64,000 nt of DNA from an uncultured virus (IMG/VR IMGVR_UViG_3300044611_002008) (taxonomy: Duplodnaviria; Heunggongvirae; Uroviricota; Caudoviricetes), in IMG/VR virus record IMGVR_UViG_3300044611_002008, positions 1 through 64,000 of that record. One strand, 5' to 3'. Shown one piece after another: positions 56,601 to 63,777 of the stretch; the first letter of the stretch is position 1; the number at the start of each line of letters is the position of its first letter. Under the pieces are notes generated by a model, which was not told the DNA's origin, did no database searches, and worked only from the letters and a program-made list of their open reading frames with translations. The position numbers and the translations under genes are program-made.

Positions 56601-58774
56601 GGATAGCTGCTGGATTTAATCATGTAGATGCTATCAATAACCTAAAGGGAGAATATCAAAAAAATAATACATCTAATATAAAAGTTACATCAGGTTCCGT
56701 CGAAGATGAGTTCATGAAATTTAACTACAAAACTATTCAAGGAGGATTTGGCACCAATAAAACATTAGATCAGTCATTAGGAGCCATTAAATATGTTGTT
56801 GCTGATTTAGATGCCAACAGCAAAGAACAGCCGCTAAACCCATTCAAAGATTTAGACCCTGTTAATTTAATTGGTAGATCGATATATGCGGATAGTATCG
56901 AAACCTTAAAAGGGCGTATTCAACCAATAATTAATGCAGTGACAGGAGGTCTCAATACAGATAATTTGCCGCCAGTGCCTTACGCCACTGTGCAAAAAAT
57001 AAATAGCACTGATCTTGGTGCGCTAGATTATTCCGAAGACACAAAAAATAATGCTTATATGCCAAAGACAGCTGTTCTTGGCGGTAACTTTAATGCTACT
57101 AATTACATTAATGAAATTAAAGGATTATTTAATAAAAAAGAACTAATAGCAGGAGCTGTGGCAGCTGAAACTACTGATAAACGCACTGATGCTGGTATAA
57201 AACAAGCAAATATAGAAAATCCGTTGGGTATAGCTAGGGGCATTATACAGAAAGTACTAGCTCCTATAAGCGGCGTTTTATCGGCATACAATATGAAGCT
57301 GATGCCCTTAACAAAAGCGACAGACATATTGCCATACGGTAATCTTTTATTTGGTGGGCAAAAGTTTTTTGGACAAGCTGTTATGGAAAAAATGAAAGGG
57401 AGGACTCCGCCAGAGGCGTTGTATAATGTTTGGGGAGCAATAGGAGCTGCCGCACAAACATTTTTAAAACTAGGAGCAGGAGATTCTCAAGGATTGTCTT
57501 CGATGCTAGGCGTTAGCTTTGACGGTAAACCAGACGCTACAATACCAGACAAAGTTAATCAATACGCAAAGTTTTTAGCTAAGCAAGGAATGATGTCCCA
57601 GGGTCTGGGGGCAGATATCTTGGATAAAGAAATAAATAAAGACAATCAAAAGGCAATCGAGGGGGCTTTTGGGGATAAAAACCAATCGATTTTTGAGGCT
57701 ACTGGACTAGAGAAAACAACTTGGAATAAACAATCTGATAGAACTTCTCCCAAAACCATATTAGATTTGGGTAAAAAGATACTGAATCCATACTCTATGT
57801 TTCCTACGGAAACAAGAAATAATCTCTTTGGTATTTTAGAGAAAGAGCTTGCTAATCAAAAGGTTAACCAGGGCGTTATTGATACTATCAAGAAGGTTCG
57901 ATCTTTCTACAATACTTTTTTGGATCCTTTTGTGAATGGTGATGGTCAAGCCGGCAATGATAAATGGAGACGTGGTTTTGATAGCCTATACCCCGACGCC
58001 AATTCTGCTTTACAGCTATTAACGAATGGAGCATTTGGAAAATTACCAGATTATAATATGGCGTTACAGCTCCAAGCAAAGAGAAAAGCCTTAGCAGAGG
58101 AAGTCAAAAAGCCGCAGAAGAAAGCCAGAGGGGGCATAATCTATGCTCAAACAGGCACTCTAGTTGATTATCAGCCCAGAGGCACCGATACCGTTCCAGC
58201 CATGTTGACCCCCGGAGAATTTGTGGTCAATAGAGCGGCCACTCAAAAACATCTACCTGTCTTAAAAGCTATTAATAGTGGCCAATATTCTACTGGTGGA
58301 ATGGTTAATTATCTTAATCAAGGGGGTATTATTATACCTCAATATCACTCTAATATCCCAAATGTATCGTCTACAAATAAGACTGTAGGTGTATCTAATT
58401 TACAGCTGGGCTTGGCCCCATCGGCTGTAAGTGCTTTGGAAAATTTTAATCGCGCTTTTGCTCAAAATGCAGCATTACTAAATATTAATTTAGATGATAA
58501 GAGTCAAAAGGCTATTGATAATTTTACAATTAGATTACAGAATGTGGCTAATACTATCAGTGGTTTGGCTATTCCAGAAAATATTCAAATTACAGCACAA
58601 CATAAAGTAGAGGTTATAATAAATGGCGGAGAGGCACTAAAGGGAATGAGCGAAGGAATGAAAGAATATGTTGTTTCTTCGATCAATACTGCCGTCAGTA
58701 GGCTTAATGTTACTACAGAGAATGCTCTTGGGGAACAATCTAATCAAATACTTAAAGGTAGTTCATCAGTATGA
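47666..58774 (+). CDS. Tape measure protein with embedded cargo segments
   Basis: N-terminal TP901-type TMP core (EFDKEFVKLQQVTG...LAQAG...TRESAETIATGLRTIFTR...GGFRQ), Ala-rich helical regions, two GTDTVPAMLTPGEFVVN motifs; 3702 aa. Confidence 0.9.
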   Translation: MSQSFNLTAQLNLRGPSNVRNIVSDIRRQLGSISADVNLRLDQNASRNVTQLNAALRNLNNTFGTTQTAARNAANAIRDFSQAVGNAGVANLPRQLNNVVTATQRVGATSTTAARQLNVARTEMEEFGRQSALAIRRFAAFSLATGAVFSFTGAINKGIAAFIEFDKEFVKLQQVTGESADGLKRLSNTITSLSVDFGVASGDLIKVSSTLAQAGLSAKDTERALKALALSALAPSFDDMNKTVEGSIALMRQFGIGASDLEKALGSVNSVAARFAVEASDIIAAIQRTGGVFASASNGVSQGTDALNEFIAVFTSIRATTRESAETIATGLRTIFTRVQRGGTIEALKEFGVNLTDAEGKFVGAYKAVELLSRGLNQIDPRDLKFSQIVEELGGFRQIGKVIPLIQQFGTAQEALKVAQTGQGSLAADAATAQLSLANQIAKVREEFTALVRDIGGSDTFQTLAKGALQLASGLIQVADSVKGVLPILGLMMAVRGASVATQYGSGFIGGLRRGNAGGAAAPRRNAYGGYISRYKKGGPVDVPVALMPGEAVVYPEAVKEVGVSKLRKMNYADRKPMAKGGKVGLVPGSGNTDSFYTTLPEGSFVIRKKATEALGGPEGILGSSGYQYGGSVQRFRGGSSSGLKETQRTHIGPKVPLSYREAMAAKKRGTGSLKVVSGKTERQINFEPNISTLINQRLRRKTGKTGVTKKELVEDISKRSPEQLFGDGGVPSVIFKELLASKKLEGLKTALLRGVKSRSVPQTLRSDSELDFILEKNIKPYLSKINTQVGSLWDELMQYQALTNPREVGGRTTLPAVKKVLGKSFGSTFASGGLIQKFARGTSKPLEAMGKADLLKEAERLGVNIPIELRRFLDPRAKGSEQTRAKIIKDLQEKRTITKTSEENIANRAKNRKLAVVGLRGDTSSSTVTTPGLKDKTGRQRLRGVPATLQTGSLPNDLATQVEDIIRSQSESIVAQIGQAIAKAAGTTPITDQKRISEILTKQLPNLSGLMFESGLAVAGAPYDPKSKAIDFNMGLGKKLANLFGVDPKALTDATNDATKEQAKRKLTKGQFDRGRRDKLRTKRLSRALGGFIAMAKGGMPLVDDLPNAPGSMLPMPGMKPGSPLYEIIRNGGGAIDYDRTLQRTTGDAAYASAKTPEQKEAVLTKYFRDPQARIKDAQSARLTQFGKQLQELVKKGVIQPKNLSIISKSSRTPGLAEHINQLFGIPVQNMVFTRGGSKLPALEALRTKGPRINRVARASGGEVPIMAQEGEYVINRKSAKAIGYGNLHTLNKYHSGGIVQRFARGSDSPLKMAMSGQGRVQIAKQLMDQGMSAAKALAEATKAIESMSQAAQQTAASLKKQSQSVGYRGMNVLAGRGVDITTGGVLDQAKEKEYRDNQRANRVVRRASRTRLAVDTNAYGPLLPGQKGVVTRTPSAIDNARNEAVQSVLGRERAGGAGSVKQMMRTQLSNDRSSLRDRVAARFKDRYDAASDPAEKQKVQDRANKVFARANQSLTANAQQNYVQQINAKMQIAQQAAADDAAARIRIANFAKQSATAAQQQPTLFQKITQGISKMATAAQKSAGFGGGSGGGLIPSGSRGANMMAQARDARAQGLRGQAFRDSMAGSAGGGIGSKIGNAAMGLSFAIPMIADQFTTADPKTAEQAKNNAMISGSSTAIGSAAMLASMGPVGIAAGIVAGAAGLAKAFTDAENAANDFNRGLKVDKLEQTLEAAAKSLDKFSKDIKNNVFATDAKKNVVEATKQAQAITDSDSQTVKRGLFNFFDTADNGTSSEKRAAAERSQILDKQGIMAYLRSTEMFGGEDAKSNRAFSMSQNIPELSRERAKNFTGAADASRQFITSKIRSGSSIEGLKSDKDFAGFTKSLALADAALQEQILTIQNNTSLEENKKKALIDSTIATVADAKAREIQSQTLKEMDLEALSKSTIVLQNSLERMFQNMEQSIMANAFALDKLTASAELTTSALSGSARVGSVKLDSINVLQNSRAYGANANAGAVDQAASMFGSEAKSMKGILQVSGRLEDTLLSTINSTLKNNPSASNEAVGIKLDQAIFKALNDLELPPDLSTKLSGEVKSAVQDMRKSGDDKIDFSQLVEKIPQLGNVVDSAKRAQETAIRALENWQNALNDYANTTNQLIDLQIDSNQKLRRATDTLVSGQNELNRVLGKTVSLQSVVADTRAATASQTGGPTSAVDIRRQIQDLELTRQSQQSRSDAAAQKGFSGKDEFMMMQGRLRETSVALRESYDALKGLSENTTVASAALNKMSEIQQKQQAGVAIIEKLVTSTPAEINKFNQALARLDNNMKGRANFGTNADQRRDSLEAFNMIMPFLGDKQSGMKANVLESMLRESGINSSPMMQQVIDSLRNPEADPQMAEAIGIYREALAEQAFANEQLAALNQLIAENNSDTAAVKLATAIGGVSLNFESRQLQDINDNIKNLITVVKNNREDKKPAAAEAEMLARGGVVYASAGQLINFAPKGTDTVPAMLTPGEFVVNRSATQKNLPLLKSINNGYSNGGRVQYYNQGGLVFGGGWGLDQKQDAEKQAGIQQQETATQYPDILSLNANPYDHMTKAVALPGYFYASNPAPGDISDWFSPKVGRKPLVSIGANASLGASYDTISMTTEDDRPTIEKRTTFTGPIDVGYVPQSDFFDNVISERDIQRKKHITKNQIEDYKNKLETLLKLKRFVVQSSDAGTFMGSIDTGSKKIATKVDADNRPKIEPTIEVGKYVNRGLSSVPLVTLSGLTKTTNGLYGLYSVADLEGEGSSGQNTNAGNPYGFTNRSTATTIISPDMKVVAGLSNMKHDTVDPSIGMALSKYVTNYDGMAKATGPIMQNNIQSLSRVFDALSQTKIPEIEADGSISEPLKETDSSLKNKTYINKLQQLLSGAIFSAQFDETEIKGKDNVKPPITLFNLTADKWNNLANSFKNYQPAPPTNSYAENSSNFIPINPAQKSLPWIAAGFNHVDAINNLKGEYQKNNTSNIKVTSGSVEDEFMKFNYKTIQGGFGTNKTLDQSLGAIKYVVADLDANSKEQPLNPFKDLDPVNLIGRSIYADSIETLKGRIQPIINAVTGGLNTDNLPPVPYATVQKINSTDLGALDYSEDTKNNAYMPKTAVLGGNFNATNYINEIKGLFNKKELIAGAVAAETTDKRTDAGIKQANIENPLGIARGIIQKVLAPISGVLSAYNMKLMPLTKATDILPYGNLLFGGQKFFGQAVMEKMKGRTPPEALYNVWGAIGAAAQTFLKLGAGDSQGLSSMLGVSFDGKPDATIPDKVNQYAKFLAKQGMMSQGLGADILDKEINKDNQKAIEGAFGDKNQSIFEATGLEKTTWNKQSDRTSPKTILDLGKKILNPYSMFPTETRNNLFGILEKELANQKVNQGVIDTIKKVRSFYNTFLDPFVNGDGQAGNDKWRRGFDSLYPDANSALQLLTNGAFGKLPDYNMALQLQAKRKALAEEVKKPQKKARGGIIYAQTGTLVDYQPRGTDTVPAMLTPGEFVVNRAATQKHLPVLKAINSGQYSTGGMVNYLNQGGIIIPQYHSNIPNVSSTNKTVGVSNLQLGLAPSAVSALENFNRAFAQNAALLNINLDDKSQKAIDNFTIRLQNVANTISGLAIPENIQITAQHKVEVIINGGEALKGMSEGMKEYVVSSINTAVSRLNVTTENALGEQSNQILKGSSSV

Positions 58775-61125
58775 TAAATTCATATATTAAAATTCCAGAT
58801 AATGTTGGCGCATCTTTCGAAATAGTCAATGGAAGATTTATTTTACAGGCACCAGAGCCGACGTTTGTTGGTCTCGACGCTTCTTTAATAGGTCATTTTA
58901 TACCATATTTTGCCAAAAATCTTTTATCCACTGGTGCAACAGAATGGGAAGCCGGTATAGGCAAAGTAATATCTACCACTATAGTGGAAAGAGAAGAGGT
59001 TTCTGGTTCGTCTAACAATGATGAGTTAGTATTTTTTAGTTTCGGTGGGACAAAAACGTTTTTCGTATATCCTAATCAGTATTCTGTGGATCTTGGGTAT
59101 AATAATTTAATTACCAGTACGGGCGTGTTCAATATTGGAGACGTAAGGTCTACATACGTTGTAGATCTATCTACCAATCATGCTTCTGGTACTCTGCCCG
59201 TAGCATCCGGTAATCGCGGTCTTATACTAGATTTTAAAGCATATAATAGAAATAATAAGGATTTACATATTATTGCTTCTAGTGGAGATTTAATAGATGG
59301 TTCAGCTTCTTTAACTATAGATTATGATAATGCCTACACCTCTTTGGTATCGAATGGTTCTGGCTGGATAGAACTAAAAAATGAGGTTAATCTAAATATA
59401 GATCCGGATTTGATGGGTACTCCACAAGGACCAAATGGCTCTATTCAATACAAAGTTAATTCTACCTCTTTTGGTGGCTCAAATATATATTATAGCAACG
59501 CTTCTAATAGCCTGCTATTTGGCGGTACGGGATCGGAACAATCCGCCGATACAGTCATATCAGGATCTGGTACAACCATTTTTAATAAAACATCCAAGAA
59601 TACAGACTTTATTATTAATGGTAGTGGTAATAGAAATTGTATTTTTGATGCTTCTGGAAAGATAGGTTTAAATTTGCCGTCGGGAGCAAAGCCCGCCACA
59701 TTACTACACATCGTTGGACAGGGATGCGATAGTAACATAAGATTGGAGAATAGGAGTTCCTGCTCCACTCCTAAACTTGTACTTTATCATAAGCCCTCTA
59801 CCACTCTTGATAGTGGGTCATTAGTTGGTAGCATACATCTAGCAGGCAAAAATTCTGTTGGATCAGAGATAGACTATTCTCAAATTCGCACAAGAGCCAT
59901 TTCTTCTCAAGCCTCTAGTCCTAGTGGAGAACTTGTTGTATCAATAAATAATGGCGGTTCCTCATTAGATAGCTTAACCGTTAATTCAGATTCGGTTGCT
60001 ATTAGAAATAAAAACAGACAATTACAAATATCTACAAGCGGTGTGATTGCTGATAAAATAGTCGTTTCGGATTCTTTACATTTATTGCCATTGTCTATTA
60101 GTGGTAGTATACTGAGCGTAGGACAATCTGGTATTTTAGAGAGCGCAGGATATACCAAGTCGGATCTAGCTTCGATTGGAACTAAAGCGTCCTTATCTGG
60201 CGCTATTTTTAGCGGTAATATTACTGCTCCCAGGATTAATGCTCCAGCACTTTCTCAGTCGTCTGGATCTTACATAGATTTTTCTAGCTCTACTCTTATT
60301 GGTAATTGGAATATAGGAGCAGACACGATATTAGCAAAGGATACAAATAACACATCCGATCAAGGCTCTGTTTTAACGCATACTGGATCTGGAATAGCAT
60401 GGTCAAAACCAAGCGCAGATAATTTTATATGGTCGGGCTTAGATATATCTTGGGAAAAATATCCTATAAGATCTTGCTTTATACAAAACGGGGGAGACGT
60501 TTTAGCTATTAGTGCTATCGGTTTAAGCAATGAGTTTAGTGTTGGAGATACGGTAAAAATTAGTGTTAATACCAATAATTATTTTAGAACAATTAATAGC
60601 ATTACAGAAAGTAATGGCTATACAAATATCGTATTGAATCAGATTCTACCGATCTCTGGAACGGGTAATATTTTCTCCATAAATAAAGGAGGATATTTAA
60701 ATCTTAGTGTAGAAAATTCCGGAGCACCAGCTATTTCGCCTCAGACAACAATTAGTTGCAGACCTCTTACCAATACTATTTTTAATCAAAATAAGCATTC
60801 TATAGACTTTCAGATTAATGGCGAATCAGTTGCTCCAGCAATTTATGTAAATGCTAAGCCGTCCAATAGATTAGAGGCCGTCTCCGCCACTGTTATTAAT
60901 GGATCGTCACCTAAGATTGTTCAACAGTCCGGTAATTTAAATAGATATGCATCTTTAAGCGTTAGTGGCTATATTTATACAGACAGTATTAGTATAGGTC
61001 AAACACCAGTGCCTTCTGGATATATTTTAACTTCTACATCTGGTAATATTGCGCAATGGCAGTCTACAAATACTATTAGTGATCTAGACGGCGGCGTAAT
61101 TGTATTTAGCGGAGTAAGTCTATGA
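58771..61125 (+). CDS. Tail fibre / tail-tip protein
   Basis: N-terminal EWEAGIG...SSNNDELVFFS.GGTKTFFVYP anchor-like domain, GPNGSIQY fibre linker, GKIGLN...PATLLHIVG repeat, C-terminal LDGG. Confidence 0.7.
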   Translation: MINSYIKIPDNVGASFEIVNGRFILQAPEPTFVGLDASLIGHFIPYFAKNLLSTGATEWEAGIGKVISTTIVEREEVSGSSNNDELVFFSFGGTKTFFVYPNQYSVDLGYNNLITSTGVFNIGDVRSTYVVDLSTNHASGTLPVASGNRGLILDFKAYNRNNKDLHIIASSGDLIDGSASLTIDYDNAYTSLVSNGSGWIELKNEVNLNIDPDLMGTPQGPNGSIQYKVNSTSFGGSNIYYSNASNSLLFGGTGSEQSADTVISGSGTTIFNKTSKNTDFIINGSGNRNCIFDASGKIGLNLPSGAKPATLLHIVGQGCDSNIRLENRSSCSTPKLVLYHKPSTTLDSGSLVGSIHLAGKNSVGSEIDYSQIRTRAISSQASSPSGELVVSINNGGSSLDSLTVNSDSVAIRNKNRQLQISTSGVIADKIVVSDSLHLLPLSISGSILSVGQSGILESAGYTKSDLASIGTKASLSGAIFSGNITAPRINAPALSQSSGSYIDFSSSTLIGNWNIGADTILAKDTNNTSDQGSVLTHTGSGIAWSKPSADNFIWSGLDISWEKYPIRSCFIQNGGDVLAISAIGLSNEFSVGDTVKISVNTNNYFRTINSITESNGYTNIVLNQILPISGTGNIFSINKGGYLNLSVENSGAPAISPQTTISCRPLTNTIFNQNKHSIDFQINGESVAPAIYVNAKPSNRLEAVSATVINGSSPKIVQQSGNLNRYASLSVSGYIYTDSISIGQTPVPSGYILTSTSGNIAQWQSTNTISDLDGGVIVFSGVSL

Positions 61126-61640
61126 GCTTTAAATTTAAAAGAGATATTTCTACAACCCTGGCCCCAGCCTTAGATCAGGTTGACGTGGGAGAACTAGTAC
61201 TAAATGTGCAGACCGGTACTCTCTATACAAAGAAAAGAGATTCAGAAGGCAATGAAAGTATAGTCAAGTTTATTTCTGTACCACTATCTTCTTCTGGAGA
61301 TGGGTCTTGTAGCAATATGCTACCGGTTATATCTTTTGCTGATGTCACTAATTTTTGCTGCAATGGTTCGGTATTAGTGGCTACTATTAATAACCTCATG
61401 GCTAGCTCAATATACAAATATAGTGTACAAGATTTAACCAGTAATTCTACTGTCATATTTTCTCAGAGTTCTGGGGACATCACTCCGCTTGGTAGATCCA
61501 CTAGACAAGTTCCTATTTCTATTAACATCAACACTAATCAGCCTAATGCTTTAATAAAGTTTAGTGTTTTAGACAATAACAACAATTTACAAAGCGAAGC
61601 TATAGTGGCCATTTGTTGCAAGAACTGTGCCGCAACATAA
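61122..61640 (+). CDS. Mtd_N-like N-terminus plus Cys-bounded Ig-like domain
   Basis: FKFKR...DVGELVLNVQTGTLYTK then a ~100-aa beta domain from FCC to ICCKNC. Confidence 0.65.
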   Translation: MSFKFKRDISTTLAPALDQVDVGELVLNVQTGTLYTKKRDSEGNESIVKFISVPLSSSGDGSCSNMLPVISFADVTNFCCNGSVLVATINNLMASSIYKYSVQDLTSNSTVIFSQSSGDITPLGRSTRQVPISININTNQPNALIKFSVLDNNNNLQSEAIVAICCKNCAAT

Positions 61641-61649
61641 GGATAAAAC

Positions 61650-62873
61650 ATGATTCAAAAAAGACAGATTTCGCAAAACCTATGTTCTAGTGGCGTAGCT
61701 ATCACCTTTAGTGGAATACCAGTAGATATAAGTAATGATTATAGATTAAGCTTTTGGAAAGATAGTTGCATCCCTCAGCAGTCAGATATTATTATTAATC
61801 CAACAGGATATCAAATTAGACCAGCTTCTAACACAATAGACGCTGTGGTATATGTATCCTCTAATACTGCTTATACCGTAGATAATTCTTCTTCATCCGT
61901 TATAGGGTTGAGCGTTGTAGATATTGCTTCTAGTGGCGAAGTATATAGAGATTACATACATATTTCATGTGGTAATTTATGCAGCGATGCGGGTAAGCCG
62001 TTGGACACCGCTGTTCCAACCCGTACTCCCACCCCTACCCCAACCAACACTACCACACCAACCCCAACAACCACGATCACCCCAACAGTCACCAACTCGC
62101 CGTCTGTGACGCCAACAGTGACGCCGACAATATCGATAACACCATCCAAAACACCAACTAGGACGCCTACTCCTACCAGAACAAATACTCCTACTGTGTC
62201 TATAACTCCTTCATTTACCCCATCGAGCACAGTAACTCCAACCAATACTCCGACAAATACTCCTACTGCTTCGGTTACAGTTACTCCTTCGATTACCCCA
62301 TCTAACACCACCACTCACACCCCTCCACCTACGCCTGGTCTTACAAGTACTCCAACCCCAACAGTTACTCCAACTATATCCTTAACTCCCACCCAAACTA
62401 TCACCCCTAGTATTACTGCTACTAATACCGTTACGCCCACCCAGACGCCTACGTCATCGGTCACCCCTACTATTTCACAAACACCAGAACCAACACCAAC
62501 GACCACCCCTACGCCAACACTCACTCCGACAATGACTCCTTTATATACTAGGCCTAGTTTTGCGGTTACTTTTGATCAAATTAATTTTTCAGGTAAGTGC
62601 GATACCGGTATATTAATATCCGCTAATGTCTCTGGTGTACCAAATACCGTTTATAACTATAGCTTTAATGTAGAATCTATTGGTAATAATAACAATATTA
62701 ATAATATTTTTATTGAGCCAAGAACCGGCCAATTTGCAATGTCCAATAACAATAATAAAATTTTTACTTACGTTTATACACTAGAAAAAATAGGCTCTTT
62801 TGTAGTTAGTTGTAGTGTTTCAGATAGCACAAGCACAGCACAAAGTTTGACAACAATTGCTTGTCAAAGTTAA
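61650..62873 (+). CDS. Mucin-like Thr-Pro stalk protein with two Cys-bounded Ig-like domains
   Basis: About 175 aa of TPT/TPS repeats between two similar beta domains. Confidence 0.75.
   Translation: MIQKRQISQNLCSSGVAITFSGIPVDISNDYRLSFWKDSCIPQQSDIIINPTGYQIRPASNTIDAVVYVSSNTAYTVDNSSSSVIGLSVVDIASSGEVYRDYIHISCGNLCSDAGKPLDTAVPTRTPTPTPTNTTTPTPTTTITPTVTNSPSVTPTVTPTISITPSKTPTRTPTPTRTNTPTVSITPSFTPSSTVTPTNTPTNTPTASVTVTPSITPSNTTTHTPPPTPGLTSTPTPTVTPTISLTPTQTITPSITATNTVTPTQTPTSSVTPTISQTPEPTPTTTPTPTLTPTMTPLYTRPSFAVTFDQINFSGKCDTGILISANVSGVPNTVYNYSFNVESIGNNNNINNIFIEPRTGQFAMSNNNNKIFTYVYTLEKIGSFVVSCSVSDSTSTAQSLTTIACQS
62015..62540 (+). repeat. Thr-Pro mucin-like coding repeat
   Basis: Degenerate (T-x-T-P)n tract. 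Confidence 0.85.
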
Positions 62874-62891
62874 TTCAAAAAGAAACTATAT

Positions 62892-62908
62892 TGTGTATAA
62901 TAGTTTAG
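62892..62908 (+). promoter_or_regulatory. Variant of GGTGTA upstream motif (TGTGTATAATAGTTTAG)
   Basis: Intergenic, 70 bp before the ATG at 62962. Confidence 0.4.
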
Positions 62909-62961
62909 AATCTTTTATTTTGAAGGAGATTTTGGTATATTTATAATGATTTTAGGAATAT

Positions 62962-63777
62962 ATGGCTAATTTATTTATTAAATTCCCCAGCACACAACAA
63001 GAGCCCCCGATGCCAGAAACAGTAAATACCTCACCTTCGCTGTCTGTTAAGTTTGATTTTTCTCATTATGGTATAGAGGGAAATTCTAAAACTATTACTT
63101 TGCCAAATGCCCAATGTCTTAAGGGCTCCTTTATCGTTGTAGCGGAGGCTTCTAACTTAATACCGGGTAGACAATATACTATATTATTTGAATTATTGAA
63201 CCCGTCATCTACTCGACAGGTGTTTGACCCGGCAGCTATAACGATCTTTGCTTCGACACCAACGCAAAAATTTACCACGGTAGCTAACGTAGATCCACAG
63301 TATAATTATATTTTAAAAGCAACCATTAATCAGACAGATACTGGTATAGCTGCCTCTGATATGGTAGCCGCTAGCTGTGCTTCTATTCCAGCGGTACCTA
63401 CACCAACCCCAACCGCTAGGCCTGTCACTGCATCTATGCCTCGTGTAAACTTTGATGCTGGTCCGGTCATGATGGTAAATCCTCCCAATAGGTGCAGAGA
63501 ACAACTCAACATTATTTGCACCATATCAAATGCCCGTATCGGAACTACATATAAATACGACTTTGTTTGTCTTACTAGCGATGCGGCGCCACTATTGTCA
63601 CCGGCTACCGGCTTTGTGACCGCAGGCTTCTCCGAACAAAACATAAATACCGTAGTGACCGTTAATCCATCCAAAGGCAATATGGTTAGTTTACAGGTTA
63701 GAGTATTTGATGCTAAATATCCTGATATAATACTAGATGAAGATATATTACTAATTCAATGCTATGGGTGCGAATAA
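62962..63777 (+). CDS. Protein with two Cys-bounded Ig-like domains
   Basis: Two similar beta domains (SNLIPGRQY / SNARIGTTY) joined by PTPTPT; ends in CYGCE. Confidence 0.72.
   Translation: MANLFIKFPSTQQEPPMPETVNTSPSLSVKFDFSHYGIEGNSKTITLPNAQCLKGSFIVVAEASNLIPGRQYTILFELLNPSSTRQVFDPAAITIFASTPTQKFTTVANVDPQYNYILKATINQTDTGIAASDMVAASCASIPAVPTPTPTARPVTASMPRVNFDAGPVMMVNPPNRCREQLNIICTISNARIGTTYKYDFVCLTSDAAPLLSPATGFVTAGFSEQNINTVVTVNPSKGNMVSLQVRVFDAKYPDIILDEDILLIQCYGCE

Noticed and set aside
55166..58250. TMP duplicated cassette as a DGR template/variable pair or mobile-element direct repeat
   Set aside because: Differences are synonymous third-position changes, not A-specific; both copies are in frame and coding.
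624..63680. Minus-strand and short alternate-frame ORFs from the track (e.g. 6235..6753, 41239..41691, 47908..48432, 61952..62314)
   Set aside because: They lie largely or wholly within long + strand genes, mirror low-complexity codon patterns and show no recognisable motifs; treated as shadow ORFs.
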